This document shows, in pieces, positions 1 through 10,907 of a DNA stretch of 64,000 nucleotides. Origin of the DNA: an uncultured Gemmataceae bacterium (GTDB taxonomy: Bacteria > Planctomycetota > Planctomycetia > Gemmatales > Gemmataceae). Within the stretch, counting starts at the first letter, position 1. The number at the start of each line of letters is the position of its first letter. The notes beneath the pieces are model-generated. The model saw only the letters and a program-made list of their open reading frames with translations, did not search any database and was not told the origin of the DNA. A program made the position numbers and the translations under genes. The stretch is taken from assembly GCA_963750165.1 (NCBI GenBank), contig CAVVPN010000011.1, forward strand, positions 2,176,001-2,240,000, written 5' to 3'.

Positions 1-783
1 AGCCCCAGCGGCCTGATCCTGGTGACCGGCCCGACCGGCAGCGGCAAGACCACCACGCTGTACGCCTGCCTGTCGTTCCTGTGCAACGGCGAGCGCAAGA
101 TCAACACCATTGAAGACCCGGTGGAGTACGCCCTGGCGGGCATCCGTCAGTCGCAGATCAACCTCAAAATTGGCGTGGACTTCCCGGAATTGCTGCGGAG
201 CGTGCTGCGGCAAGCGCCGGACGTCATCATGATCGGCGAAATCCGCGACGCGCTGACGGCGGCGACGGCGGTGCGGGCGGCCAACAGCGGCCATCTGGTG
301 CTGGCGACGCTGCACGCGCCGGTGGCGGCGGCGGCGGTCGAGAGCATGCTCGGCCTGGGTGTGCCGGCGCACTTCCTGGCCAGTTCGCTGCTGGGCTGCA
401 TCGCCCAGCGGCTGCTGCGCACGCTCTGTCCACAATGCCGGGTGTCGTACTCCCCCGGCGAGGCGCTGCCGATGTTCGAGGAGGTGCGGCGCTGGTTGCA
501 GCCGAACCAGGGGCAGGTGCTGTACACCGCCGGGGCGTGCGAGCACTGCCTGCACACCGGCTACGCCGACCGCACCGGCGTCTTCGAGGTGCTGACCGTC
601 GGCAAGGAAATCCGAAAATTGATCCTGGCCGAGCAACCCACCCAGGCGCTGCGCCACAAGGCCATCGAGGAGGGCATGATCGAATTCCGCCATGCGGCGC
701 TGCTCCGCGTGGCCCAGGGCGACACCACCGTTGAGGAAGTGTTCCGCGCCGTGCCGTCGGAGTACCTGGGCATGGAAGAATGA
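1..783 (+). CDS. GspE/PilB-type secretion/pilus assembly ATPase, C-terminal part (runs off window start)
   Basis: Walker A GPTGSGKTT, TIEDPVEY, LRQAPDVIMIGEIRD, GHLVLATLH, two CxxC zinc pairs, GVFEVL. Confidence 0.92.
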   Translation, partial: SPSGLILVTGPTGSGKTTTLYACLSFLCNGERKINTIEDPVEYALAGIRQSQINLKIGVDFPELLRSVLRQAPDVIMIGEIRDALTAATAVRAANSGHLVLATLHAPVAAAAVESMLGLGVPAHFLASSLLGCIAQRLLRTLCPQCRVSYSPGEALPMFEEVRRWLQPNQGQVLYTAGACEHCLHTGYADRTGVFEVLTVGKEIRKLILAEQPTQALRHKAIEEGMIEFRHAALLRVAQGDTTVEEVFRAVPSEYLGMEE

Positions 784-919
784 GGCACCGCGGCGAGCCG
801 GCCCCCATCTTGTCCCGCTTGCCACGGCCGCACGCTCCCCTTGACACCGCGACAAAAGCCGGGGTATTTTCCGATCCGGCCGGCGGTCGGCCACGAGGGT
901 TCCGGTGGAAGGGGCGACC

Positions 920-1717
920 ATGCAAGTAGTCATCCTCTGCGGCGGCCAGGGCACCCGCATTCGCGACGTGGCCGACGACCTCCCCAAGCCGATGATCCCC
1001 GTCGGCGGCCGGCCGATTCTCTGGCACATCATGAAGGGCTACGCCCAGCACGGCTTCAAACGCTTCATCCTCTGCCTGGGCTACAAGAGCTGGGCCATCA
1101 AGCAATACTTCCTCAACTACGCCCTGGCCGACTCCGACCTGACGGTGGACCTCGGCGGCGCCGTCGAGGTGCGGCCGCCGTATCGGCTGGAGGACTGGCA
1201 GGTGACGCTGGCGGAAACCGGCGAGCACACCATGACCGGCGGCCGCGTCAAGCGTATCGAGAAATACCTGGAGGGGGAGCACTTCCTGCTGACCTATGGC
1301 GACGGCGTGGCCGACGTGAACCTGCGGGCGCTGGTGAACTTCCACCTCCGCCAGGGCCGCACGGGCACGGTGACGGCGGTCCATCCGCCGGGCCGCTTCG
1401 GCGAGATCGAGGTCGCGGACGGCCGGGCCGTCGAGTTCAATGAGAAGCCACTGTTGACGCAGGGTCTGGTCAGCGGCGGCTTCTTCGTCTTCCACCGCCG
1501 CTTCGTTGAGCAGTTGCCGGCGCGCGACGACCTGGTACTGGAGCGCGACCCACTGTGCGGCCTGGCCCGCGCCGGTCAGCTGGCGGCTTACGTCCATGAC
1601 GGATTCTGGCATTGCATGGACAACAGCCGGGATTATCATTTCCTGAATGATTTATGGGCGCGCGGCGTGGCTCCCTGGGATACCTGGTCCGCGGAGGCGC
1701 AGCGGCGGGCGGCATAA
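920..1717 (+). CDS. rfbF: Glucose-1-phosphate cytidylyltransferase
   Basis: VILCGGQGTRI, PKPMIPVGGRPILWHIMK, TMTGGRVKR, LTYGDGV, HDGFWHCMD. Confidence 0.9.
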   Translation: MQVVILCGGQGTRIRDVADDLPKPMIPVGGRPILWHIMKGYAQHGFKRFILCLGYKSWAIKQYFLNYALADSDLTVDLGGAVEVRPPYRLEDWQVTLAETGEHTMTGGRVKRIEKYLEGEHFLLTYGDGVADVNLRALVNFHLRQGRTGTVTAVHPPGRFGEIEVADGRAVEFNEKPLLTQGLVSGGFFVFHRRFVEQLPARDDLVLERDPLCGLARAGQLAAYVHDGFWHCMDNSRDYHFLNDLWARGVAPWDTWSAEAQRRAA

Positions 1718-1750
1718 TCTCGGTGAGATAGGCTCAGGCAAGGAGTCGCC

Positions 1751-2758
1751 ATGAGCGAGCGGAACGGATTCTGGCGCGACCGCCGCGTCCTGGTCACAGG
1801 CTGCACCGGCCTGGTTGGCGCCTGGACGACGCGCGCCTTGCTGGAACGCGGTGCCCACGTTGTCGGCCTGGTGCGCGATCAGGTGGCCGGCTCCGAACTG
1901 GTCCGCGGAGGCCTCGACCGCCAGATCGACGTGGTCCGCGGCTGCGTCGAGGACGAACCCCTTCTCGGCCGGGTGCTGGCCGAATACGAAATTCAAACCG
2001 TCTTTCACCTCGCCGCCCAGACCATCGTCGGCATCGCCAACGCCAGTCCGCTGTCCACCTTCGAGACGAACATCAAGGGAACGTGGTGTTTGCTGGAGGC
2101 AGCGCGGCGCCGCGGTCAGCCGCCACACATCATCGTCGCCTCGTCGGACAAGGCGTATGGCGATCAGGCAGTGCTGCCGTACACCGAGGACACGCCACTG
2201 ACCGCCCGCCATCCCTACGACGTGAGCAAGGCCTGCGCCGATCAGCTGGCGCTGATGTACCACCACAGCTATCGCCTGCCGGTGTGCGTGACGCGCTGCG
2301 GCAACTTCTACGGCGGCGGCGATCTGAACTGGAACCGTCTCATCCCCGGCACCATCCGCGCTGCGCTGCGCAACGAGCGGCCGCTCATCCGCTCCGACGG
2401 TACCTTCACGCGCGACTACTTCTACGTCAAGGACGGAGCCGCGGCGTACCTGCACCTGGCGGAGCGCATGGCCCATGATGCGGACGTGTGCGGCCAGGCG
2501 TTCAACTTCTCGACCGAGACACCGCTGAGTGTGCTGGCGGTCGTCAACCGCGTGCTGCGGCTGCTGGCATCGCCGCTGACGCCGCAGGTGCTCAACGAGG
2601 CGTCGAACGAGATTCGCGACCAGTTTCTCTCGGCGGAAAAAGCGCGGCGGCTGCTCGGCTGGTCGCCGGCCTACGCCCTGGACGACGCGCTGCGCGAGAC
2701 CATCGCGTGGTATCGCGATTACTTCGCGACGGCAGCGCCCCGGCCGCTGGCGGCGTAG
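1751..2758 (+). CDS. rfbG: NDP-sugar 4,6-dehydratase (CDP-glucose 4,6-dehydratase-like SDR)
   Basis: [17 protein letters not shown]ossmann motif, FHLAAQ, SSDKAY, YDVSK (YxxxK), [12 protein letters not shown]; follows rfbF. Confidence 0.8.
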   Translation: MSERNGFWRDRRVLVTGCTGLVGAWTTRALLERGAHVVGLVRDQVAGSELVRGGLDRQIDVVRGCVEDEPLLGRVLAEYEIQTVFHLAAQTIVGIANASPLSTFETNIKGTWCLLEAARRRGQPPHIIVASSDKAYGDQAVLPYTEDTPLTARHPYDVSKACADQLALMYHHSYRLPVCVTRCGNFYGGGDLNWNRLIPGTIRAALRNERPLIRSDGTFTRDYFYVKDGAAAYLHLAERMAHDADVCGQAFNFSTETPLSVLAVVNRVLRLLASPLTPQVLNEASNEIRDQFLSAEKARRLLGWSPAYALDDALRETIAWYRDYFATAAPRPLAA

Positions 2759-2762
2759 CGGA

Positions 2763-2786
2763 AGCGCGCTAAGCCGCCAGCGGCAG
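2763..2786. repeat. Single REP-like hairpin (GCGCTAAGCCGCCAGCGGCAGA)
   Basis: Near-identical to the copies at 20209-20233 and 20282-20307. Confidence 0.6.
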
Positions 2787-2797
2787 AAAGAAGAGAG

Positions 2798-3731
2798 ATG
2801 CGCGAACGAGTGCTGGTAACCGGCGGCGGCGGCTTCCTCGCCGCGACCCTGGCGCGAACTGATCGACGCCGGGCAGGACGTTCATCTGCTGCTACGGCCG
2901 CAGACGGATCGCTGGCGCCTCGCCGGACTGGAGGGGCGCTGCACCGCGCACGCCGCCGACCTGCTCGACGCCACGGCGGTGCGGGCGGCGCTGGCCGCGG
3001 CGCGGCCCGAGGTCGTTTATCACCTGGGCTCACCGGCCACGCGCCCCGGTCAGAAACCACGGGCGGCGCTGGCCGACGACCTGCTGGCCACAGCGAACGT
3101 GCTCGCCGCCACCCACGCCGAGGGCTGTCGCATACTCGTCCACGCCGGCAGCGGTGGGGAATGTGGCCCGCACACGGGGCCGGTCCCGGAAGGTGCCCCG
3201 GTCGATCCACGCACGGAATACACGCTGGCCAAGGCAATGGCGACGCTGCTGTGCCTGGTGGACAGCCATCAGGGCCGGCCGGTGGTGGTCGTGCGCGTCT
3301 TCGCCGCTTACGGCCCCTGGGAGGGGGCGCACCGGTTGGTGCCGTACCTGATGGACTGCTGCCTGCGCGGCGCGGCGCCGCGCGTGTCAGCGGGCTGGCA
3401 ACGCCGCGACTTCATCCACGCCGCGGACGTGACCGCGCTGCTCCGCCGGGCCGCCGCGCTGCCGCCGACGCCGGGCCTGGTGCTGCACGCCGGCTGCGGC
3501 CGCGAACACACTGTCCGCGACATGGTGGACACGGTGCTCGCCGTCTGCGGCAGTCGGGCCGCGCCCGTCTACGGCGCCGAGGCACTGCGCCCCGGCGAAC
3601 CGGAGCGTTACCTCGCCGCGGTGGAGCAGACGCAGGCCCGAACGGGCTGGGCACCACGCTTCGACCTGCGGGCCGGGGTGGAGCACACGTGGGACTGGTT
3701 TCGGCAACACGCCGGCCGCCGGGCGGCCTGA
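2798..3731 (+). CDS. NAD-dependent epimerase/reductase (frameshift near 2858)
   Basis: RVLVTGGGGFL start in the 2798 frame continues as LIDAGQDVHLL into the 2979..3731 frame with YTLAK (YxxxK), AYGPWE, RDFIH. Confidence 0.8.
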
Positions 3732-3753
3732 GCTTGCCGCGAAGGAGACGGGC

Positions 3754-5008
3754 ATGCGCGTCGATCACTGCCGCGTCTGCCGCGGGACCGCCCTGCGGCC
3801 GTTCCTCGACCTGGGCAGCACCGCCCTGGCCAACCGCTTTCTGCCGCCCGGCCGCGTCGGCGAACCGGAACCGTTCTACCCTCTGCGCGTGGTCTTTTGC
3901 GAGGATTGCGGTCTGGTGCAGCTCGACGAGGAGGTCGCGCCGGAAGAACTGTTCAAGCAGTACATCTACTTCTCCGGCACCTCGGACCTGGTCCACACGC
4001 ACGCCGACTTCCTGGCGCGACACTTCCGAGATGTTTGCCCCCTGCGCCGGGCGACCTGGTGCTGGAGGCGGCCAGCAACGACGGCACCGTGCTGCGCGCG
4101 TTCCTGCAAACGGGGGTTCGCACCCTGGGCGTCGAGCCGGCCGAGAACATCGCCGCGGAGGCCGTGCGCCGCGGCGTCGAAACGCATTGCGCCTTCTTCA
4201 ACGCGGCCACGGCGGCGGAGGTCCGCGAGCGCTGGGGGCCGGCCAGGCTGGTGCTGGCCCGCCACGTCCTGGCCCACGTTGCCGACCTGCACGGCTTCGT
4301 CCACGGTCTGCATACCGTGCTCGCGCCGGATGGCCTCGTCGCCGTCGAGTGTCCGCACCTGCTGCCTTTCCGCGCCCGGCTGGAGTTCGACACCGTTTAC
4401 CACGAACACCTCTGCTACTTCTCCGTGCGCGTGCTGCAGACGTTGTTCCACCGCTTCAGCCTGGAGGTGGTGGACGTGCTGGAGGTGGGCATTCACGGCG
4501 GCTCGGTGGTGGTGTCGGCGCAGTGCGCCGGCGGCCCACGTCGGCCGACGCCGGCCGTGGCGGACGTGCTTCGACGCGAAGAGCAAGCCGGGTTGCACCT
4601 ACCGGAGACCTGGGCACGCTTCTCGGGCCGGGTGGCCCGGAGCCGGGCGAGTCTGCTGGAGGAACTGGACCGCCTGGCCGCCGCGGGCCACACCGTCGCC
4701 GGTTACGGCGCCCCGGCCAAGGGCATGACGCTGCTGGCCTACTGCGGTCTGGGCCCGCGGCAGATTCCGTACCTGGTGGACCGCAGCCCGCACAAGCAGG
4801 GGCTGTTGACGCCCGGCCACCACATTCCCGTGTGCGCCCCGAGCGCCTGCTGCGCGATCGTCCTGACGTGTTGCTGGTGCTCGCCTGGAATTTCGCCGAC
4901 GAGATCGTCCGCCAGCAGGCCGAGTATGCGCGGCGCGGCGGCTGTTTCTTGCTGCCGGTCCCGGTGGCCCACTACCGCCGTCCGGAGCTGGGCGGCGCGG
5001 CGGCGTAG
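3754..5008 (+). CDS. NDP-hexose C-methyltransferase (frameshifts near 4040 and 4845)
   Basis: N-terminal CRVC..LDLG..PLANRF..YPLRVVFCEDCGLVQL zinc domain; EAASNDGT, FDTVYHEH, YGAPAKG, KQGLLTPG, PDVLLVLAWNFADEI across three frames. Confidence 0.85.
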
Positions 5009-5035
5009 GAGTTCTGCGGCTTGCCGATTAAAGCG

Positions 5036-5121
5036 TTCGGAACGAAGGAACCACGGATAACACCAATAAAACCCAATTCTTTTGTGTTAATTCGTGTTTT
5101 CCGTGGTTCCTTCGTTCCGAA
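5036..5121. repeat. Intergenic palindrome with 9-mer-type arms
   Basis: TTCGGAACGAAGGAACCACGGA ... TCCGTGGTTCCTTCGTTCCGAA inverted arms around an AT-rich core. Confidence 0.8.
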
Positions 5122-5203
5122 CTTTCTTGGAGGAGGAGCGCCAGGTGGCTTGCCGCAGAAGAGAAGAGGTCCGGTGCCGGGCCAATCATCAAGAGGTCGT
5201 GAC

Positions 5204-7460
5204 ATGGCTGTCGCCGACACACTACCCACCCCTTCCCCGCGGGTCGCATCACCCGACGACATCTCTGGCCGCACCGAACTTTGGAAGAACACCGCCGGCT
5301 ACCTAGGTGTCGTGGTCGTGAGCCTGGCCGCGCTGACTGTCCTGTTTGACCTCTGGCGCACCGACCTGTCTGTGCCGTTTTACTACAGCACCGATAACCT
5401 GTTCCACCTGATGCTCGTGCAGACCGTCCTCGAAGAAGGCTGGTATCTGAACAACACGCGCCTGGGTATGCCCACCGGTCTCAACGTCAGCGATTTCCCG
5501 ATGCCGGACGTGCTGCATTACGCCGTCATCAAACTGCTGGGCTACGTCTGCCCCGGAGCGGGACTGGTACAAAACCTGTATTACATCCTGCAATTCCCGC
5601 TGATCGCGCTGGCCGCCTATTTCGCCCTCCGCCGCCTCCGCGTCGGCCGCCTCACCGGCCTGGTGGCCGCCGTGCTCTATGCGTTTTTGCCCTACCACCT
5701 CGTCCGCCTGCAGGGGCACCTGTGCCTCACCGGTTACTACCTGGTGCCGCTGCTGGTCCTGATCGTCATCCGCGTCGGCCTGGGCCGCTACCCGTTCCTG
5801 CACACCGGCGACGACGGCCGCGCCCGCTGGCGCTTCGTCAGCTGGGGGGCCGCGGGTGCGGCGCTGGTGTGCGTGCTGACCGGCGTGGCCGGCGCCTACT
5901 ACGCCTTTTTTTCCTGCTTTTTCCTGCTGGCGGTGGGCGTGCGCTCTGCGTTCCGCGAACGGCGCGCGGCGCCGCTCTGGGTCGCGGCCGTCCTGATCCT
6001 GTTGACCGCCGGGAGCCTCGGCGTCGCCATGCTGCCGACGTTCCTGCACACGGCCCGCTGGGGTAAGAACCCGGCGGCGCTGGGCCGCGCCCCGGCCGAG
6101 GCTGACCTGTATGGCCTGAGCGTTAGTGAGATGCTGCTGCCGGTCGAGGGCCACCGGCTGGCGAGGTTGCACTGGCTGCGGCAAAAATTTCTGGCGCCGC
6201 CGCGTACTCCGACCGGGGAGCACTTTGCGACACCGCTGGGAGTGGTGGCGTCGCTGGGCTTGCTGTGGCTGGTCGGCCGGTTTCTGTGGCGCCGCCCTGG
6301 CCCGACGGAGTCGGTCGAGGACACGCTGGCTTACCTGACCGTCGCGGCGGTGCTCCTCGGCACCGTCGGCGGCTTCGGCGCCGCGTTCAACTTCTACGTG
6401 ACGCCGCAGATCCGCTGCTACAACCGCATCAGCATCTTCATCGGCTTTTTCGCCCTGGCCGCCCTGGCGCTGCTCGTCCGGCGCTGGGCCGCGCGCCGCG
6501 CCGTCACCCCGCGGGCGCGGGCCGCGGGCGTTGCCGGGTTGGTGCTGGTTCTGGTGCTCGGTCTGCTCGATCAGACGCCGCTGAACATTATTCTGGCCAG
6601 TGCGGAAGCGCGGCAGCAGTACGAATCGGACGCCGACTTCGGCCGGCGCCTGGAGGCCGAATTACCCGCGGGGGCGATGGTCTATCAGCTGCCCCATGTG
6701 TTCTTCCCGGAGGGACAGCCCGTCCAGCGCCTTCAGGGGGGATACGAACTGTTCCGACCCTACTTCCACACGCGCACGCCTGCGCTGGAGCTTTGGGGCC
6801 ATGAAGGGCCGCCCCGACAGCCTGTGGCAGGCCGCACTCACGGAGTTGCCGCCAGCGGAGGCGCTGCCGGTGTTGACCGAGGCCGGCTTTCGCGGCCTTT
6901 ACCTGGACCGTGCCGGCTACGCCGATGATGGCGTCGCGCTGGAGGCGGAGTTGACGCGGCTGCTGGGCGTGCGGCCGCTGGTGAGCCGCACCGGCCGCCA
7001 ACTCTTCTTCAACCTGACGGCTTACGCCGCGGCGCTGCGCGGCGGCGCCGGCGAGGCCGAGTGGGAGGGACGGCGGCAGGCGGCCCTGCACCGCGTCGGC
7101 CTGCGCTGGGGCACGACGTTCAGCCCCCTGGAACAGGACAGTGCGGGGACGTATCGCTGGTGCGTGGCGAAAGGGCAGCTGCGGCTGCACAACCCGCTGG
7201 ATCGGCCGCGGACGGTGGTGCTCGAAATGCAGTGCTCCCTGGCGCAGGGGCAGCCGGCTTGCCTGATCGTTGACGGGAAACGGTGGCGGCAAGAAATGAC
7301 GCTGACGACTGTGCCGCAACCGCTCCGGCTCGAGGTGGTCCTGCCGCCGGGCAATCACCTGGTGCATTTTTCCTGCAACGGCGCCGCGGTGCCGCTGCCC
7401 GGCGGCGCCCGCTTGGCCGTGTTCCGAGTGGGCCAGTTCCGGTGCCGCGCCGCGGACTGA
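5204..7460 (+). CDS. Polytopic membrane protein, GT-C/YfhO-like putative sugar transferase with extracytoplasmic C-terminal domain (frameshift near 6780)
   Basis: About 11 hydrophobic segments; GWYLNNTRLGMP, YYAFF, PQIRCYNRISIFI, VYQLP..FPE, then LRWSFGAMKGR and GLYLDRAGY in the shifted frame. Confidence 0.65.
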
Positions 7461-7489
7461 GCTGCCGCGGCGCGGCACCGAACCCGGCG

Positions 7490-8194
7490 TTATTGCGTGG
7501 CCCTGGCCATCAGGTCTGCCTCCTTGCTGTGCAGTGCCTGCAGGATCAGGTCGGCGCACTCGGACACCGACCACTGCGAGGTGTTCAACACCAGATCATA
7601 ATTCGCGGCCCGCGTCGGGTCCGCCAGGAAGTGGCGGCGCAGGAACCGGTCACGGTCGCGGCTCAGGGCATCGATCCGCCGCGCTGCCTCCTGCCGGTCC
7701 ACGTGCAACTGCCGGCTCACAGCCGTGATGCGGTCCTCCAGGTCGCCGACCAGGCGCAGGCGCAGGGTGGTGGGCGCCGGCAGCAACTGCGCTGCTCCGC
7801 GGCCGACGAGCACGCAATGGCCCTCGGCTGCCAGGGTGCGGATCAATCGGATCAGCTGGTGGACGAATGTGTTCTCCGTCAGCCGGGTGGACGTGCCGAG
7901 GCCCTCCAGGAACTCCAGCATCCAGTGCCGCGGCCGCTCGTCGATGTGCTCCAGTTCGCGAACCGGCAGGCCGAGTTCCGTGGCGACCTGTTCCAGCAGT
8001 TCGTGGTCGTGGACGGGCCAACCGAGGCGGCCGCCGACAGCCTCGGCGACCTGGTGCGCCGGCGTCCCGACCTCGCGCGCGATGGCGACGGTCAGACCGG
8101 TCGCGGTGGCGCGCTCGGCGGGCCGGCCGCCGCGGTAGCCTTGTTCCAGTTCCAGGGCGTGAGCCTGCCGAGGCAGGAAAAACACTTCCTTCAT
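7490..8194 (-). CDS. Cytidylate kinase-like family protein
   Basis: TVAIAREVGT, GWPVHDHELL, GHCVLVGRGAA, DRDRDRF, NYDLVLNT. Confidence 0.8.
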   Translation of the reverse strand: MKEVFFLPRQAHALELEQGYRGGRPAERATATGLTVAIAREVGTPAHQVAEAVGGRLGWPVHDHELLEQVATELGLPVRELEHIDERPRHWMLEFLEGLGTSTRLTENTFVHQLIRLIRTLAAEGHCVLVGRGAAQLLPAPTTLRLRLVGDLEDRITAVSRQLHVDRQEAARRIDALSRDRDRFLRRHFLADPTRAANYDLVLNTSQWSVSECADLILQALHSKEADLMARATQ

Positions 8195-8299
8195 GCCAAA
8201 CCTCCAATGAAAAAAGGTGATGCAACTCGTAGGGCTGCGGCCCCCAGCGCGGAGGACCGCCCGTGGTTGACGGCGGGCGTGTAGCCGAACGAGGTTATC

Positions 8300-8674
8300 T
8301 CAAAGGAGGAGTGTGAGGAGCGTCAGGTAGAGTGGCGCGAGGATGGAGACGTGGCGCGGCAGCAGTTCGGCGCCGTGGCAGTCAAACGCTGGCAGTGGAA
8401 CGGGCGGGACAGCGGTCCAGGCTGTCCTGTCGTGCGCATGCGACCGCTCCGGATTTTCCTGGTCGTCTTCCTGTGGGAGCACGGCAAGTTTGCCGGGGCG
8501 GCGTGGGTGACGGTTCGGGGCGTGCCCCACCGGCTTGGCGGACCAGTGCCCGGTTCGCTGCCCACCGCGTGGCGCCCGACGGGGCGTGACCGCTGAGGTC
8601 TCCGGACGGCAGTCCGCCCACAGCCCCATCAGGCACGCCATCAACATCAGGGTGACTGGTCGGAAGGAGGTCAT
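8300..8674 (-). CDS. Hypothetical small protein with a signal-like N-terminus
   Basis: Hydrophobic N-terminus and C-terminal LYLTLLTLLL; no recognisable domain. Confidence 0.35.
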   Translation of the reverse strand: MTSFRPVTLMLMACLMGLWADCRPETSAVTPRRAPRGGQRTGHWSAKPVGHAPNRHPRRPGKLAVLPQEDDQENPERSHAHDRTAWTAVPPVPLPAFDCHGAELLPRHVSILAPLYLTLLTLLL

Positions 8675-8805
8675 AACACGAGATTCCGCGGGACGACCTT
8701 CTTTCCTGCATAACGCGCCACGCTGTCGATGTCAACAGTGCAGGCGGCCGTTTTTTCTGACCGTCACGGATTGTGAGGCGGGCAATCTCCACTGGGCCGA
8801 TTTTT

Positions 8806-8856
8806 ACGCCGGAGGCTTTGTATCCCAAAGCCCAGGGTCGCGCAGCGCACCCTGGG
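8806..8856. repeat. REP-like hairpin
   Basis: GCTTTG..CAAAGC followed by CCCAGGGT-CGCGCAGCGC-ACCCTGGG stem. Confidence 0.5.
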
Positions 8857-8936
8857 AACCAGACTTGACCTGTTTGCGGAAACAGCCGCGCCGGCGTTAC
8901 CCCAGTGCCGAGGCCCTGGCGCCTCCTGGGGTGCCG

Positions 8937-8978
8937 AATCTCGACGTGTGAAAAAGTTGGCGTCCTTGGCGTCCTTGC
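8937..8978 (+). repeat. Dispersed motif copy 1 of 6 (TCTCGACGTGTGAAAAAGTTGGC + 9-bp units)
   Basis: Matches copies at 26669, 37334, 42127, 50804, 59770. Confidence 0.9.
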
Positions 8979-9101
8979 ACGGCGTGGCGCAGCCTGGCAG
9001 GCAGCGGGCGTGCTCCGTCCGGAACTGACGGGGTGGGCAAGCGGCGCCGCGCTGTGATACAATTCGCGGGTGTGGAAGCGATTTCCCAAACGAACCTGCG
9101 G

Positions 9102-9722
9102 ATGAATGACGGCGTGCTGAATGTGGCGCAGATCATCCCCTGCACCGAGGCGGAGGGGCCGGGGCAGCGTTTCGCGCTGTGGTTCCAGGGCTGTCCGCTG
9201 CGCTGCCCCGGCTGCTGCAACCCAGAAATGCTGCCGTTCCAGGGCGGTCAATCGCTGACGCTGGCGGAGGTGCTGGCGCAGCTTGACGCGGCCCGGGAAC
9301 TGGGCGTCGAGGGTATCACGCTGCTGGGCGGTGAGCCGCTGGCACACGCGGTCCCGGCGGCGGCGCTGGCGCGGGCGGCACGGCAGCGCGGGCTGTCGGT
9401 GATGGTCTTCAGCGGCTACACATTGGAAGAAGCCCAAAATCTTCCCGAGCCGGCGGTCGCGGACCTGCTCGGCCTGACCGACATTCTCGTGGACGGCCCA
9501 TACCTGCGCGACCAGGCCGAGACGCGGCGGCGCTGGATCGGCTCGCGCAACCAGCGCATCCACTTTTTGACCGACCGCTATCGTGCGGCCGATCCGTGCT
9601 GGCAGCGCGGCAACACGCTGGAAATCCGCCTGGCCGGCGGCGCGGTGACGGTCAACGGCTTCCCGGCGCCGGCAGCGGTCGGTCTGTGGAAGCGCCTCGC
9701 GACCCACAAGGAGGCGACGTGA
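9102..9722 (+). CDS. Radical SAM protein (NrdG/activase-like, single 4Fe-4S cluster)
   Basis: EGPGQRFALWFQGCPLRCPGCCNP (CxxxCxxC), GITLLGGEP, FSGYT, DILVDGPY, GSRNQR. Confidence 0.9.
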   Translation: MNDGVLNVAQIIPCTEAEGPGQRFALWFQGCPLRCPGCCNPEMLPFQGGQSLTLAEVLAQLDAARELGVEGITLLGGEPLAHAVPAAALARAARQRGLSVMVFSGYTLEEAQNLPEPAVADLLGLTDILVDGPYLRDQAETRRRWIGSRNQRIHFLTDRYRAADPCWQRGNTLEIRLAGGAVTVNGFPAPAAVGLWKRLATHKEAT

Positions 9723-10786
9723 ACGTCACGGAGGAACAGGCGCAGCCGAGCGTGTCGCGCTTCGAGGCGAATCTGCTGCGGATTTTGCGCTACTTCCTCC
9801 GTCGCTTCCCGGCGGAGCGGGCGACGCCACTGATCTACCAGGCGATCCCGCGACCGCCGTGTCTGAGCCGCGCGGCGGTGCGGCTGGTGGAGGACACGCT
9901 GGCCAAGGGCGTGCCGCTGCTGCTGGCGCGCGGCGGCGGTTGGCGGCGCGAGCGCCACCTGCGCAACGGCCAGCGCGTCGAGGGCCGGCTGTGGGAGCGG
10001 ACGCAGCCGCGCGAACTGGGCCTGACGTTCTCGAAGCAGGCGCTGGAGCTGCTGCTGTGGCTCACCGCGGAGAACCCGACGGATCGCAAGACGCAGTGGT
10101 GGCAGCCGGACGTGGCGGCGCTGACGGCGGGCGATCAACTGCTGTTCCTGTTCGCGCTCGGCGGCCTGGTGCCGCCAGTGCCGCCGACCCTGCTCAGCGG
10201 CGTCGGCTTCGCGAACCTCGGCCTGTGTCGGCTGTCCTACCCGGAGCATTTCGCCGCCCTGACGCAGGCGGTGCCGTTCTCGTTCGCAGGTTGGACCGAC
10301 GGCCCCGGGGCGGCGCTGCTGGAGGCACTGCAACCGGAACTGCTGCGGCGCTGGCTGGACGTGGAGCACACCAAGCCGAAGCAGGCCAACTGGCAGTCGC
10401 TGCAGGCGCTCGGCCGCGAGCAGGAGCGCGTGCTGACGGCGTTTCTGGACGCGGTGGAGCGTGCGAGCCGGCTGGACCTGGCCCGGTTCTTGCTACGGGT
10501 GCTGGCGGAACTGCTGCACGAAGGCGCGACGGCGCAGCGCTGGCTCGGCGGTTTGAAGAACGCCGGGCCGCGGCTGGCCGACCGCAACGTGACGCACCGG
10601 GCGGCGCTGGCGCTGCTACATCAGTTGGAGCGGCTGCGGCGCTGGTCGCTGCAGGCGCGGAACGTCAGTTATTTCGATGCTCATTACGCGGCCAGTCAGC
10701 TGTGGAAGGCCGACTGGGAGCAGGCCCAGGGCGACGTGCTCTGGGCGCGGGCGCAGCGGATTCTGCGCGAGGTGGAGCCGTTGTAA
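9719..10786 (+). CDS. Helical hypothetical protein, probable FtsH ternary system component (fvmX6-like)
   Basis: GTG start overlaps the radical SAM stop (GTGA); operonic with the FtsH-like gene; family assignment from recall and context only. Confidence 0.6.
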   Translation: MNVTEEQAQPSVSRFEANLLRILRYFLRRFPAERATPLIYQAIPRPPCLSRAAVRLVEDTLAKGVPLLLARGGGWRRERHLRNGQRVEGRLWERTQPRELGLTFSKQALELLLWLTAENPTDRKTQWWQPDVAALTAGDQLLFLFALGGLVPPVPPTLLSGVGFANLGLCRLSYPEHFAALTQAVPFSFAGWTDGPGAALLEALQPELLRRWLDVEHTKPKQANWQSLQALGREQERVLTAFLDAVERASRLDLARFLLRVLAELLHEGATAQRWLGGLKNAGPRLADRNVTHRAALALLHQLERLRRWSLQARNVSYFDAHYAASQLWKADWEQAQGDVLWARAQRILREVEPL

Positions 10787-10789
10787 ACC

Positions 10790-10887
10790 CCGGCGAGCGG
10801 GGTCGCGTCAGCGCCCCGTGGTCACGCACGGGCGCTGACGCGGTCCCGTGCAAGTGCACGAGGCGCTGACGCGGCCCCGCTCGCCGG
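10790..10887. repeat. REP doublet/triplet (GGCGAGCGGGGTCGCGTCAGCGCCC type)
   Basis: Inverted arms CCGGCGAGCGGGGTCGCGTCAGCGCC / GGCGCTGACGCGGCCCCGCTCGCCGG with an extra internal half copy; related to 60002-60067. Confidence 0.8.
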
Positions 10888-10907
10888 ATCGAATCGGGAG
10901 ATGAACC

